IMG/VR virus record: IMGVR_UViG_3300034071_001431
Location: 50,035-114,034 of that record
Reading direction: 5' to 3' (one strand)
Length of the DNA: 64,000 nucleotides
Source of the DNA: a virus
Lineage: Duplodnaviria; Caudoviricetes
Shown: positions 24,555-35,438 of the stretch, in pieces
Layout of the letters: every line of letters begins with the position of its first letter
How positions within the stretch are numbered: position 1 is the first letter of the stretch
Program-made: the position numbers and the translations under genes
The notes under the pieces: generated by a model
Database searches by the model: none
The model's input: the letters and a program-made list of their open reading frames with translations, nothing else
What the model was told of the DNA's origin: nothing

Positions 24555-24669
24555 GATATGTATTACTCCTGTTGTTTTAAGTTGGTCTTAATATAAGTAA
24601 CTTCCCGCTACCTACAATAGTATTTATCACCTATACAATAATAATACGTTATATTGATAGCAGAGTCAA

Positions 24670-24697
24670 TAAAAAAGGCACTAAAAAGTGCCCTTTT
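24670..24697 (-). terminator. Intrinsic terminator
   Basis: GGCAC/GTGCC stem with a U-run on the minus strand. Confidence 0.7.
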
Positions 24698-24714
24698 GGT
24701 AAAACTGCTTATTA

Positions 24715-26799
24715 CTATTTTATACCTGCTATTTTGCGCATTTGTGCAATTTCTTCGTTAAATTGTTTGTTGTATGCTGTTAAGTCGCCTTCGTCATCGC
24801 CTTTAGCCATTGCTTTCATTTGGCTTGGCATGATTTTAACTTTGTCTAATGTGCTTAAATCTTTTGCACCCATACGTTTCATTTTTTCATCTTTGTTTAC
24901 GTAGTCATCACCAATTGATTCATCAGTTGGCTCTGGCATTGTTTCTGGTTCGTAGTGATTTTCCCAATCGCCATCCATTGCTTGTTGTTTAGTGTGATTG
25001 TATTTTTCTAAAAATTCTTGATCTGTTAAGTCGCTAACATCAATGTCCATATCAGACATTTTGCTTTCATCCATTTCACTGTTCTTAGTTGGCCATTCTG
25101 CCCATTGTGGCAAATCTTCATCTCTATCTTGGTCAAACTGCATATCGCTACCATCATCTTGATCTGGCTCGTCGCGGTCACGTTCAAATTCTATTTCATC
25201 TTGGTTATTGTTTTTATATTTGTCATAGGCTGCTAAGGCATCACCTTCTAATTCATTTATCTGTCCTTCGTCAGTGCCGCCTAAGTTATTAATAACTTCT
25301 TTAACCCATGCGCTAACATCACTGCTACCAATTTCTTCAACGTTACCTACCCAATCAGCAACATCTTTAGTTGCATTTGTAATTGCTTCTGGGCCGTACT
25401 GTGATAGTAAATCTAAGTGTTGATTCATAATACGACGAATAATTGCTGATTGTACTGCATCACTGCTATCACTTTCTCCATCATCATAACCTTCATCTAC
25501 TGTTTGATCAGCTGTATCTTCATCGCCAATTACAGACATAATTCGTTGATAAATTGTTGGATTGTTTTCTTGTACCCAATCCATAACTACATCACGTGCA
25601 TCAGCTTCTGAATCTTCATCTGCTAAGTCACCTAATTTATCAAACAATACATCATCACCGATTAAATTATATAATGCATTAATTGCATTGATTGCATCAA
25701 CTCCTACCGGAAGTGGTTCCATTAGCAATTCAGTCAATTCAGAAACTTGTTCTTCAGTGTCTGGTGTAGCCCATGTGCCTTCACTTACTGTGTTAGCCCA
25801 GTTTTCAAATTGTTGTGCGAAGTTATTAGATTTTTTCATATTATATGCCTTTTGTACAATTGGTAGTGCTTCTTCCATTCTATCATTAAATGATCGTTTA
25901 ACAAAGCGTTCACGCAATGCATCAACATCAAATTCATCCATTAAAACATCATCTGCTACAAAACTTTCTTTGCAAGCAGCGTATCCTTTACGTCCACCCA
26001 TTTTTTTAAGTGTATTGTTTAGCAAGCCGTGGTATTCAAATGCGGCTTCTGCCATTGATTGTGTTTCAGCATCTTCAAATGTTCTACGCACCATTGCTGA
26101 TTTAAACGGGCGTAGTTTACCACATTCTTCTGCTATCTTAGTAATATGTTGCCCAAAGTCATCACCAGCTTCACCACCTTGTGATACGTGTTGTGCCATT
26201 GCACGTGCGTATTTTAAGTTGTTGTGCGGTAGTTTAATACGTGCGCCATCTGCTGTTTCGATGAATAGAGCTTTAATTTTACGACTACGTGCGCCACGTT
26301 GCTCTGGGTCTACTTTATCGCTGTGACGTACAATAATCTTTACATCGCCGTCTTGCTCGTAACTGCTACGACTTGTACCATGTAATCTGCTTTCGCCAAT
26401 TACTTCATCTTTAGTGTACGTACTGTCTGAGTTGCTTACTTGTTGTAAGTCACGGTGTTTTAGTGTACTACGTGTAATATCACGTGGCTCAAAGCTCAAT
26501 AGATTACGTTTAGCAAACTCACGTAGCTCTCTTAAGAAACCATACCATTTTGCTTTCTCTTCGTCATCTAAATCACTGCTGATGTTTTTACTAAAGTATA
26601 CTTTAAGTGAATTTTCGTCAATGACACTAATTGTTATGTTGCCGTGACTGTTACCATCGACTGTATAATCAAAGTTGAAGAACCGTGCATCTTCTGGCTT
26701 TTGTGTTGCTTTAGCGTTTTCGTCGCCTAAAGTAACATCATCAAACCTGTCGCGGATTTTTTCAAATAGTGCATCAGATATCTTGTTTATTTCGCGCAT
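24715..26799 (-). CDS. Probable virion (head) protein
   Basis: Late motif upstream; acidic C-terminus with xxE sites; ends MRKIAGIK like the scaffold. Confidence 0.6.
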   Translation of the reverse strand: MREINKISDALFEKIRDRFDDVTLGDENAKATQKPEDARFFNFDYTVDGNSHGNITISVIDENSLKVYFSKNISSDLDDEEKAKWYGFLRELREFAKRNLLSFEPRDITRSTLKHRDLQQVSNSDSTYTKDEVIGESRLHGTSRSSYEQDGDVKIIVRHSDKVDPEQRGARSRKIKALFIETADGARIKLPHNNLKYARAMAQHVSQGGEAGDDFGQHITKIAEECGKLRPFKSAMVRRTFEDAETQSMAEAAFEYHGLLNNTLKKMGGRKGYAACKESFVADDVLMDEFDVDALRERFVKRSFNDRMEEALPIVQKAYNMKKSNNFAQQFENWANTVSEGTWATPDTEEQVSELTELLMEPLPVGVDAINAINALYNLIGDDVLFDKLGDLADEDSEADARDVVMDWVQENNPTIYQRIMSVIGDEDTADQTVDEGYDDGESDSSDAVQSAIIRRIMNQHLDLLSQYGPEAITNATKDVADWVGNVEEIGSSDVSAWVKEVINNLGGTDEGQINELEGDALAAYDKYKNNNQDEIEFERDRDEPDQDDGSDMQFDQDRDEDLPQWAEWPTKNSEMDESKMSDMDIDVSDLTDQEFLEKYNHTKQQAMDGDWENHYEPETMPEPTDESIGDDYVNKDEKMKRMGAKDLSTLDKVKIMPSQMKAMAKGDDEGDLTAYNKQFNEEIAQMRKIAGIK

Positions 26800-26842
26800 T
26801 TTTTTATTCTCATAGTATTATTTATGCTAATAGCCATCTAAT

Positions 26843-28411
26843 CTAATATGCAACACTAATAAATGGCATAGGCTCGATGAAATCATCCAGTGTATCACGC
26901 ATTGCATTATCAAGTGTTGCATCATACGTTTGCAATAGCATTGCCATGCGCACTATTAACACTAAGCTCATTACTAAGTCATCTGTTTCGCCGGGTTTGG
27001 CAGCAAAACTAGAGCCACTAGCAACAAATGTCTTTAATTCAGATATTAAGTTCTTACTAGCAATGGTCATACGCTTAGTTTCTATTAGATTTTTTAACTT
27101 AGAACAAGCTGATATTTTGCTTTTGTTTGTAGTATTAAATCCTTTACGATAGCGTCTGCCAGAGCCCATACTCTTAGGCTCATTTAAGAATGTTCCTTTG
27201 ATGTTTTCTTCGCCCATTTCTGCTACTGTTATTAGTGCCGCTTCACCAATTGTATTGTTTTCCATACTATAGTATATATTGTTCACTGGCACTGTTTCTG
27301 CTAGGTAACGTGTGATTTCTCTAAGTATACCAATCTGTTGCTGTATTGGTGTGCGATTGTGTTGCCATTCGCCTACCTGTATAAAGCTAGGCAATTCAAA
27401 TATTTGTATTGCAGCTGGGTCACCACCTGTACCCAAACTTGGGTCTAATGCAACCATATATGTATTTGCTGGGCTTGGCTTTTTGTACCAACGTATCTGG
27501 CCCTGTCGTTCAATTGGGTCAATACCAGACATTTCAATTAGGTGGCCTGGGTTAATTAATGTTTCATCCCAGATAATAAATTCACAATCCATTTCACGAC
27601 GGAAACGTTCGTCACCTAATTGACTACGCTGTTCTGCGGCCCATTTATCATCTCTATCCGGATGTTCGCGCCAGAAGCTACGGAATGATTTAAACCCATT
27701 AACTCCTAATTCAGTGGCATTGCCAAATTCGTCGATGCATTTGTTGGCTCCTTTCCATAAGGTAGCAAATTGGTCTTCATCTGAATTAGGTGTTGATGTG
27801 ATAATACATTTACCACCTGTTGCTAGTGTAGGACTAATAGAAGTCCAGAATTCACGGCCAATGGTACTGCGCACAAACGCAAACTCATCGCAATATAATA
27901 ATGAAATAGACATACCCCGGCCGGTATTTTCTGTTGTAGTCGATGAGTTGATTCTACTGCCGTTTTCAAAGTCTATACTACCTTTGTTGTAGCTTGTAGC
28001 ACCAGCACGTATAAAGTCAGGACACAACTCGTATGCATAACGTATACGAGCCATAATTTCTTGTGAACCTGTGTATTTGTGTGCGGCAATTAGGATAGTA
28101 CTATCTGGTACAAACATAGCGTACCATAGCAAGTAGCCGGCGGCAGATGTTGATTTGCCTGTTTGTCGCGGCATTAATGATATGCTAAAACGATAGTTGT
28201 GATATGTTTCAATTAAACGTTTTTGATAATCAAATGGTTGGTACAACATACGACCTTTAGTAGGATGCTGTATGTAAAAGTAATTACTCATAAAGTATTC
28301 TGGCCCAGTAATAGGGTCAGCACAACGAGCAAATTCTAAAATTTGTTCTTCGGTAAAGGTTTCTGTTTGGTGCGCACGTTTTACAAGTACGCCTTCAAGT
28401 GATTTAGCCAT
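26843..28411 (-). CDS. Terminase large subunit (gp17-like)
   Basis: RQTGKST Walker A, YCDEFAF Walker B, TSTPN, nuclease LDP...DDLVMS. Confidence 0.95.
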   Translation of the reverse strand: MAKSLEGVLVKRAHQTETFTEEQILEFARCADPITGPEYFMSNYFYIQHPTKGRMLYQPFDYQKRLIETYHNYRFSISLMPRQTGKSTSAAGYLLWYAMFVPDSTILIAAHKYTGSQEIMARIRYAYELCPDFIRAGATSYNKGSIDFENGSRINSSTTTENTGRGMSISLLYCDEFAFVRSTIGREFWTSISPTLATGGKCIITSTPNSDEDQFATLWKGANKCIDEFGNATELGVNGFKSFRSFWREHPDRDDKWAAEQRSQLGDERFRREMDCEFIIWDETLINPGHLIEMSGIDPIERQGQIRWYKKPSPANTYMVALDPSLGTGGDPAAIQIFELPSFIQVGEWQHNRTPIQQQIGILREITRYLAETVPVNNIYYSMENNTIGEAALITVAEMGEENIKGTFLNEPKSMGSGRRYRKGFNTTNKSKISACSKLKNLIETKRMTIASKNLISELKTFVASGSSFAAKPGETDDLVMSLVLIVRMAMLLQTYDATLDNAMRDTLDDFIEPMPFISVAY

Positions 28412-28415
28412 ACTA

Positions 28416-28598
28416 TTACTTATCTTGTGATGGAGTTGTATTAATATTGTGTGCTGTTATAAAATTAGACAGTGTCATTGGTTGATTTACATCTGTTACG
28501 CTTGTGATTGTATATGCTGGGTCGTTTACATCAAGTATCGCATCAGGTATCAAAGCCTCTGTGTAATCTTGTGCTCTAATGCGATATTGTTTGATCAT
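28416..28598 (-). CDS. Hypothetical protein
   Basis: Small ORF in operon. Confidence 0.55.
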   Translation of the reverse strand: MIKQYRIRAQDYTEALIPDAILDVNDPAYTITSVTDVNQPMTLSNFITAHNINTTPSQDK

Positions 28599-28984
28599 TA
28601 GTTCTTTGGCTTGTTACGCTTTGCACCAGCATTGTGCGGAACTGAACTGTTTTTATGCACATCATCATCTTCTTTACTTTTATGATCTTTTTCAGTTTCT
28701 TCGTATTCGCTATCTACGGTTTTCATAGCAGATTTCATCATGCCGTGTTCTGCTTCTGTATATGGGCGAGCAAGGTTAAACTTCTCAACCCAACTTGATT
28801 GGTCCATTTCAACTGGTTTACCAGAACCATCTGACATTGCAGCTGCCATCATGACACGATTTAAATTGTAAGTACGATCGTACCCACCTTTGTCACGGAA
28901 TTTCCACTCACCTGTATTTGAGTTTTTAGCATTATCGGGTATTGCACCAGCATGCCCTTCAGTGATTATTTCATTAATTTTCAC
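28598..28984 (-). CDS. Hypothetical, probable internal head protein
   Basis: N-terminus MKINEIITE. Confidence 0.6.
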   Translation of the reverse strand: MKINEIITEGHAGAIPDNAKNSNTGEWKFRDKGGYDRTYNLNRVMMAAAMSDGSGKPVEMDQSSWVEKFNLARPYTEAEHGMMKSAMKTVDSEYEETEKDHKSKEDDDVHKNSSVPHNAGAKRNKPKN

Positions 28985-29328
28985 TAGTGTCTACCTGTTA
29001 GTGTAGCTATTTGTTTACGCAATTGAGTTAATTCATTATCAAGTGTATCGAGTTTGTGACTGTTTGCATCAATTGCCATATCTTCGCTGTTATTTTCAAT
29101 TTCTAATTGGTCAATATCTGCTTCTTCTGCATCATTTTCTGCACCAAGTGTTTTAATATCGGCCATACTATGTTTGTTTGATCTACGTACTAATGTAGCC
29201 AATGCACTAAGATCATCACCTTGTGCCTGCGGATATCTTGCTTTAGCAATAGTTAGCATATTTTGTGTTTCTGGGTCAACTTGACTACGTTCAGTCAGTT
29301 GCTCGATATATTCACGTAATGTTTTCAT
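28984..29328 (-). CDS. Hypothetical, probable internal head protein
   Basis: Start trimmed to MKTLREYIEQLTE. Confidence 0.6.
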   Translation of the reverse strand: MKTLREYIEQLTERSQVDPETQNMLTIAKARYPQAQGDDLSALATLVRRSNKHSMADIKTLGAENDAEEADIDQLEIENNSEDMAIDANSHKLDTLDNELTQLRKQIATLTGRH

Positions 29329-29329
29329 T

Positions 29330-29695
29330 TTAGTATTCGCCGTCTTCTTCATCGCTAGCATTGTCTACTAATGTTTCACGCATTGAATATACTGAACCCA
29401 TTTGATGGCTATCACTAATCCATGCTTGTAACCATGGGCGAGTGTATGCTCTAACAACTCTACCTAACTGTTCAGAATGCTCAAGTTCTCTACAGATGTT
29501 ACCAGCTTGTTCCAATGCTTCTTCGAGTTGATCTAATAACTCATTGAGATGATAGTTGTCATCTTCTTCGTTAAGTTGTAGATTAACTTCTTCTGGCGGT
29601 GCAGGAAGTTGTTCATCAGCTGGTACAGTAGGATTGTTGAAGTAATTACTACTTTCAACAATCATTGCATATTTTTTTAATAAGTCTGAACTCAT
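29330..29695 (-). CDS. Hypothetical protein
   Basis: Acidic ORF in late operon. Confidence 0.6.
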   Translation of the reverse strand: MSSDLLKKYAMIVESSNYFNNPTVPADEQLPAPPEEVNLQLNEEDDNYHLNELLDQLEEALEQAGNICRELEHSEQLGRVVRAYTRPWLQAWISDSHQMGSVYSMRETLVDNASDEEDGEY

Positions 29696-31302
29696 TTCAA
29701 CAGTCCTTTTAACATACCTGTGTATTTGTTCCAGCTTGTATCTTTTTTAGATTCAGCAACTGCCATTGGGTTGTCGCCTGGTTGTGTAATTTTATAAGCA
29801 CGTTTAGCACCGTGTAAGTCATTACCGCTTGGAATAGCAGCACCGATACTAGCAGTTTGTTCACGTGGACTATTTACATATTCTGGGTCACGTTCTTCAT
29901 CAACTTCAACTTCCATTGCGCCATCGCATGGTTCTTCACTTTGTGCAACTGCAATCATTGGCATCCCAGATAATTTACGGATTAAATTAAGTGCATCTTC
30001 TTCGCCACTTGCTGTAACGTTTACGTTAATATCTTCTTTAACTGTATATTTTTTACCAGCAACTTCAAAGTCTTTAATACCAGATGCTTTAGCGGCTGCT
30101 AATGCACCACTAAATTCATTGCCTTCTTCCATTTCTGTTTCATCTATCTCAAATCTATCAGCCATGCCGTGTAAACTATCGTGTGCCGCTATATTTACTA
30201 AATCGCCGTGTTCGTTATCTAATTGTTCTAACTCACGCTCTGATAGTGGTGTACCATCTGTAAATTCTGCGTATGTTATATAAGCATCAGAGAAATCTGG
30301 CATATCTTGCAGGTTAACCCCATCAACTTCGATACTATCAACATTTACATCTTGGCCGTTAATTGAAACTGCATTGTCTGCTTCAATTACAAGCGGTGGT
30401 AGCTCTGGTGGTGCAGGTGGAAAATTATCTGCAGCAGGGGCAATTGGTGGTACAGTATTAACGGCTGGTTTTGGCAATCCAGCAAGTTTAGAAATTTCAT
30501 CTAACTCTTGTGTTGCTTTACCCAATTCTTCTTCGTCTAATTCTTTTTTATAGTGATTCCATGCATCTGGATTAGTATAGATTGGGTGATTGCGTACTGA
30601 TGCGCTTTCTTTAACTAGTTTAGCTTTTGGAGCTTTGCTTAATTTAGCGGCTGAGTTTTTAACTGTATCGCCAAAAGCCAAACCTTCTTCTACTCGACCC
30701 GGAAGTGCCTTTTCATATATATCAACTACAGGTTTAGAAGCTGTTACATTTGCTCCACGTCCAGCTGTCTTACCTTTGCCCGCTTCACCTTTACCAGCAA
30801 TATGACGACTTGCTGTTGAGATTGGGTTTTTAGCATTACCTGCTGGTAATTGTTTCACTTGGCCGCCTTTCTTTTTAAAGTCCGACATAGCACCATCGTA
30901 TTCGTCTTGGCTATATTCATTTAATGATTCATCTAAAACTTCTTCTTCATCTTTATCTAAGATAGCAGTTTTTTTGCTTTTGAAGTCGTCTTCGTCATCT
31001 GATTTTTGTTTGCTTCCGCCGTATTTGTCACCTTTAACTTCACGTGATTTTTTACTGTCAGCTTTCTTATCGCCCCACCAGTCGCCGGCTTCTTTTTCTG
31101 CTTTCTTGTCGGCAATGTCATCGGCTTTGCTTTCTTTAAAAGTTTTATACTTTGCTTCTAAAGCCTTAACTGCTTCTGTGATACTACCACGTGCTTCCAC
31201 GCTTTCGTATACTGTAGTAGGTTGTGTGTCTGGTGTCAAGGCGGCAGTATCGGTGATTCCTTTTAACTTGCCTAAGATGTTATAGATGTTATTGTTGCTC
31301 AT
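29692..31302 (-). CDS. Hypothetical mosaic head-associated protein
   Basis: Many (V/I/L)xE sites and KLAGL/KLSGM motifs. Confidence 0.6.
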   Translation of the reverse strand: MSNNNIYNILGKLKGITDTAALTPDTQPTTVYESVEARGSITEAVKALEAKYKTFKESKADDIADKKAEKEAGDWWGDKKADSKKSREVKGDKYGGSKQKSDDEDDFKSKKTAILDKDEEEVLDESLNEYSQDEYDGAMSDFKKKGGQVKQLPAGNAKNPISTASRHIAGKGEAGKGKTAGRGANVTASKPVVDIYEKALPGRVEEGLAFGDTVKNSAAKLSKAPKAKLVKESASVRNHPIYTNPDAWNHYKKELDEEELGKATQELDEISKLAGLPKPAVNTVPPIAPAADNFPPAPPELPPLVIEADNAVSINGQDVNVDSIEVDGVNLQDMPDFSDAYITYAEFTDGTPLSERELEQLDNEHGDLVNIAAHDSLHGMADRFEIDETEMEEGNEFSGALAAAKASGIKDFEVAGKKYTVKEDINVNVTASGEEDALNLIRKLSGMPMIAVAQSEEPCDGAMEVEVDEERDPEYVNSPREQTASIGAAIPSGNDLHGAKRAYKITQPGDNPMAVAESKKDTSWNKYTGMLKGLLK

Positions 31303-31306
31303 TTTA

Positions 31307-31912
31307 TTATTTTCCTTTAGATGGGCTTGGTAATTTAGTTGCTACTGAGCCCACTGGGCTTTTTGTTCCTTGTGGTAAATCATTTGTTGTTTTACCATCT
31401 GCTGATTCTTTACCAGCAATTTCAAACTTAACTTTGTTTAATTCTTTAAGAAAACTACCTTGACTATACGCTTTACTAGCTTCAGCTGCCGATGGGCAAT
31501 CTGCTTCGTATGGTTTATCAAGTACTGCTTCACCTTTTTTGAATTCACGTATTTCGCTTTCACCTGTTGCGTTCCAACGCCATACTTCTTCTGGATGATT
31601 TTTAGGAACAACTACAATATTGCTAGGCGGAATTGCTCCACGTTCTGATACAATAGCACGTAATTGCGCATCGTTTACTGGATATTTAAGCACTGCATCC
31701 ATTAAGTATAACTGGCAGTTAACCAAAGCCGGAAAATCAATATCATTGGCTTTAATTGGTAAACGTTTTGGTTTACTTAAACTTTCTAAGCCGTAAGCAT
31801 CAAGTGCTGATTTTAATCTATCCAATGATTCCGCTGGATCGATGTTAGCAATCTTAATTACAAACTCGTATGTTTTTTGGCTTTCAGTTAAATGTTGCAA
31901 AAAATTCTTCAT
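31307..31912 (-). CDS. Hypothetical virion protein
   Basis: MKNFLQHLTES start; late motif upstream. Confidence 0.6.
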   Translation of the reverse strand: MKNFLQHLTESQKTYEFVIKIANIDPAESLDRLKSALDAYGLESLSKPKRLPIKANDIDFPALVNCQLYLMDAVLKYPVNDAQLRAIVSERGAIPPSNIVVVPKNHPEEVWRWNATGESEIREFKKGEAVLDKPYEADCPSAAEASKAYSQGSFLKELNKVKFEIAGKESADGKTTNDLPQGTKSPVGSVATKLPSPSKGK

Positions 31913-31954
31913 AGTTTTATATATCCTTACAGTTATTTATTCAAAATTGCTGTT

Positions 31955-32449
31955 TTAATCTGGCTTGCTTTTACCAAGTATCTGTGCTAATAGTGCATTT
32001 CTATCAAGTACTACGCCGCCATTGCCATCTATAGCACCAAGTATTTTGTCACCATCTGTTTTAGTCGCAGATTGATCTAACTTCATTTTCTTAAGTTGTA
32101 AATCAATTGTACGTATTTTTCTATCAATCTTAGCTTGCTTTGCTGTAATTGCGTGACCTAATAATGTGCCAGCTGTTTGCAGTATTGTTCCACTAAAACG
32201 TGCTTCAACGTTCATACCCAAGTCCATTAAGTCATTAAACTTTTCAGTTGCTAATTTAGCAAGTTCATCTAACTCATTGTCTGTAGTATCAAGGTCGTTA
32301 ACGTGTGGCAGTGCGGCATCTATCTTATCAATGGTAAGATCCATTTCCACGAGCATAGCTCTGTTTTCTTCGATTGTTGTGTTTGCGTCTTCTACTGTGG
32401 GTTCTTCGGTAGGAGCAAGGTTAAATAATTCTTGTAGTTTTTGTGTCAT
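31955..32449 (-). CDS. Possible terminase small subunit (gp16-like)
   Basis: Two long helices plus C-terminal DRNALL; position in the morphogenesis block. Function is inferred. Confidence 0.45.
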   Translation of the reverse strand: MTQKLQELFNLAPTEEPTVEDANTTIEENRAMLVEMDLTIDKIDAALPHVNDLDTTDNELDELAKLATEKFNDLMDLGMNVEARFSGTILQTAGTLLGHAITAKQAKIDRKIRTIDLQLKKMKLDQSATKTDGDKILGAIDGNGGVVLDRNALLAQILGKSKPD

Positions 32450-32467
32450 AGTAAACTATTTAGTAGT

Positions 32468-32899
32468 TTAACGTTTAACGTTTTTAAAAATATCAAATTC
32501 CGATACTACTCTAAAACGCATACCGTGTGCTTTAGCCCATTGATCTGCCATTGCCCACTTAGCCATGTTGATTGCTACAGATAGTTTGTCGCGATAGCTT
32601 TTAGCCGCTTCCATTGTTGTTTCTTTACTAGGTTTGATTTCAATGAGTTCTGTGTGACGTTGCTGATTTGCATCTAAGTAGACTACAAGAAAGTCCGGAA
32701 TATATACCGTGTTCTTGCCAGTTACTGGGTTGCGATACGGAATAGTAATTGCTTCACTTGCCCAGTTGATTATAGATGGGTTGTTATCGCAAAATGACAT
32801 AAAGGTAAACTCCCAACTTGATCTGTATGTTGGTAAACGTTTACCAATATATTTCTCAGGATTAGTTATTTGATATTTGCCGTTTGCGTATTTTGCCAT
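32468..32899 (-). CDS. Head completion nuclease (T4 gp4-like, TnsA fold)
   Basis: NPEKY.G..YRSSWE..F..CD.NP..WASE..Y.PDF..EIKP. Confidence 0.9.
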   Translation of the reverse strand: MAKYANGKYQITNPEKYIGKRLPTYRSSWEFTFMSFCDNNPSIINWASEAITIPYRNPVTGKNTVYIPDFLVVYLDANQQRHTELIEIKPSKETTMEAAKSYRDKLSVAINMAKWAMADQWAKAHGMRFRVVSEFDIFKNVKR

Positions 32900-33537
32900 T
32901 ATGGAAGTATAGCACGTGCTATATATTTGTTTAGTTGCGGACTATTACTAAGCCCAAGTAAACTAGTGTTTACTCTATTTAAATTTAATAATAATGTTAA
33001 ATATGCATTGAGTTCGTTTTGTTCTTGTGTGTACGATACTACAAAATAATTATATAATACTGTATCTTTATTTAATACTACTCGATCTGCTTTATAGTTA
33101 ACTACTGCCACTAATTTAGAATTGCCGCCAACTGTTGGTTGTAGTTGATAAAATATATTTTGTATCGGAAGGTAAAATAATTGTCCAAAATTATAATCAT
33201 TCTTATTAAGAATTAATTCCTGATATGTAGTATATGTAGAATTAATTAATATACTATCTATTGGTTCTTTATGTTCAATTATGCCGCCTTTTTTAAGAGT
33301 ACGTAATTCATCAATGAATGACATTATGTCGATTCCTTGACTTGTTGCAGTATACAAAACCGATGCCGCTAAAGTTCTCCCACTATCCTTATTCCCGGTG
33401 ATAGATTGAAAAAATCCAATCAACGAATCATCAATATTCTGATTAACATTTATACCAGGATTAAAAAAATTATTAAAATATTGTGTGGTGTTATCATTTA
33501 CGTTGATACTAGGAGGTAAATTTCCATTTATTGTCAT
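32899..33537 (-). CDS. Hypothetical structural protein
   Basis: ORF in tail block. Confidence 0.55.
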   Translation of the reverse strand: MTINGNLPPSINVNDNTTQYFNNFFNPGINVNQNIDDSLIGFFQSITGNKDSGRTLAASVLYTATSQGIDIMSFIDELRTLKKGGIIEHKEPIDSILINSTYTTYQELILNKNDYNFGQLFYLPIQNIFYQLQPTVGGNSKLVAVVNYKADRVVLNKDTVLYNYFVVSYTQEQNELNAYLTLLLNLNRVNTSLLGLSNSPQLNKYIARAILP

Positions 33538-33546
33538 ATAGGTCCT

Positions 33547-34644
33547 TTATATGATTGTACGAGAGTTAGTACTTGGTACTTGATTGCTTTGTGAATTCAT
33601 ATTATTGAATATCCCTGTTGTTGGTTTAATAAGGCCCGGTATTGAATTTGCAGCTTTTGATAACCCATCAGCAATAGCACCTTGTGTAGGAACAAAAACT
33701 GTACTTTGTGTATTTTGTCCTCTAAGTATATTCATTGCAGTTTGTTTAAGTTCAGCTGATGCGGCTGATTTTAAATTCATGTTTTTAGCATTATTACCAA
33801 CTCGTAATGCTGTTAATGCTGCGGCACCAAAGTTACCGCTTTGTAAATTAGTTAGGACATCGCCTGCGCCTTCTATTAGCCCACCCGGTCCCATTATACT
33901 CTGAGTACCACCACCTGCGGCAGTTAATGGACTTGGTACATTATCATAATGAGTACGTTGAAAGCCCATTACCTTACCTTGGTTAACTGACCCACTATCA
34001 TATTGTACTGCTTCGTAATTTATAGTCATCGAATGTTCAAGAGTATTGTATTCCCCTTGGGTGTGCTGTCCGTGTGCAAAGTTAATGATAGTTGGGCGTA
34101 TCAACGTATAACTACTAAAGCGTTTCTGATGTAGACTATAAATTCGAATTGCATTAATATAATTCGGAGTGTTACCAGCTTCGGTTGAGTTTTTTGGACT
34201 GTAACCCCAAGATTCAGATGCTCGTTTTTGATATTTGTGCATCATATTAAATTGTTGTTCTGTTTGATCTGCATCTCTAAAATAATATTTGTAATAATTC
34301 TGCCAGAAGCCGCGAACAACATCGGCACTATCATCATGAAATGTTAATGTCAACGGATCATAGTTAATACGTTCTTGAACTATGTTTTTTCTATTATATG
34401 CATTTAAAATTTTGTTTTGAATTGTAAACTTAGGTAGCGAAGCAGTTTTTGCCATTAGCCCAATTTCAGTTGGGTCGCCTTGTGCTACAGTTGAATTAAC
34501 ATCAATGAATACATGAAATAGTGCACCGGACTTCGGTCCGAGTCTATATAAACTATCAACAAAGGTTCGTGCGGCATGTTGCTGATCACGTAAATCAGGT
34601 CCTGTTGCTAGATCTGTAAAGAATTGGTTAATAAAGCCAGCCAT
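33547..34644 (-). CDS. Tail tube-fold baseplate protein (gp48/gp54-like)
   Basis: KTASLP...INYDPLTLTFHDD tube-fold motif. Confidence 0.65.
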   Translation of the reverse strand: MAGFINQFFTDLATGPDLRDQQHAARTFVDSLYRLGPKSGALFHVFIDVNSTVAQGDPTEIGLMAKTASLPKFTIQNKILNAYNRKNIVQERINYDPLTLTFHDDSADVVRGFWQNYYKYYFRDADQTEQQFNMMHKYQKRASESWGYSPKNSTEAGNTPNYINAIRIYSLHQKRFSSYTLIRPTIINFAHGQHTQGEYNTLEHSMTINYEAVQYDSGSVNQGKVMGFQRTHYDNVPSPLTAAGGGTQSIMGPGGLIEGAGDVLTNLQSGNFGAAALTALRVGNNAKNMNLKSAASAELKQTAMNILRGQNTQSTVFVPTQGAIADGLSKAANSIPGLIKPTTGIFNNMNSQSNQVPSTNSRTII

Positions 34645-34674
34645 ATATGCTATCCATTTATATTATTTATCGCC

Positions 34675-34704
34675 AAAAAAAAGCCCGGAAATTACCGAGC
34701 TTTT
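34675..34704 (-). terminator. Intrinsic terminator
   Basis: GCTCGG/CCGGGC stem plus U8. Confidence 0.75.
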
Positions 34705-34726
34705 AAGTTGTTTCATTTACTAGCTA

Positions 34727-35362
34727 TTAACCAGTAATTGCACCTACGCCACCTGTTGATTTAACAAATGCTTGGCCTACTGCTGTGCCAACACCTGTAC
34801 CAGTCGGAGTTTGTAATGCATTATCATAACGGATAGTTAAGCTAATAGTCATCGGATCATTTGATGAATAATCTGCGTTACCATAATCGACTGATGTTAA
34901 GAAGCAACCATACATTTCCCATGTTTCTAATGTAGTTGGCTCGCTTGCACCATTCCCGCCATCTAATACTTCGAAGCGTGTAAGGAATTTATAATCAATA
35001 CCGGTAGCTGCACTAGATTGTTCCATAAAGTCAAATTGTTTTTGTAATTGCTCACCAACACGTTTACTAGTCTCTCCACCTGCATCATCACGTAGTTGAC
35101 AATTAACTGTTTCCCACGTTGGTTTGCCTGCATAATATACACGACTGTTGTAAATTGGTATTTCAATCGGGTCAAATGTTAAAGTCGGACGTTTAAAATC
35201 CATAACTTGTTTAGTTAACTCAGTTGATGGTTGGCTAACACCAAAATTTTCAAAAGTTACACGGAAGCGGAACTTTAATTTCGGCATCAATAGACCTTGT
35301 GCAGATGCACTTTGGTTTGTTGATAATGGTACTGTAAATTTATTTAATGATGATGTTGCCAT
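34727..35362 (-). CDS. Tail tube protein (gp19-like)
   Basis: YYAGKPTWETV..LRDD; follows the sheath gene. Confidence 0.85.
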   Translation of the reverse strand: MATSSLNKFTVPLSTNQSASAQGLLMPKLKFRFRVTFENFGVSQPSTELTKQVMDFKRPTLTFDPIEIPIYNSRVYYAGKPTWETVNCQLRDDAGGETSKRVGEQLQKQFDFMEQSSAATGIDYKFLTRFEVLDGGNGASEPTTLETWEMYGCFLTSVDYGNADYSSNDPMTISLTIRYDNALQTPTGTGVGTAVGQAFVKSTGGVGAITG

Positions 35363-35438
35363 CTTATTATTCCTTTTATATATTTATCTTTTTATACACG
35401 AGTTAATGGTAGGGGTTAACTACCATTAACAGAGTATA

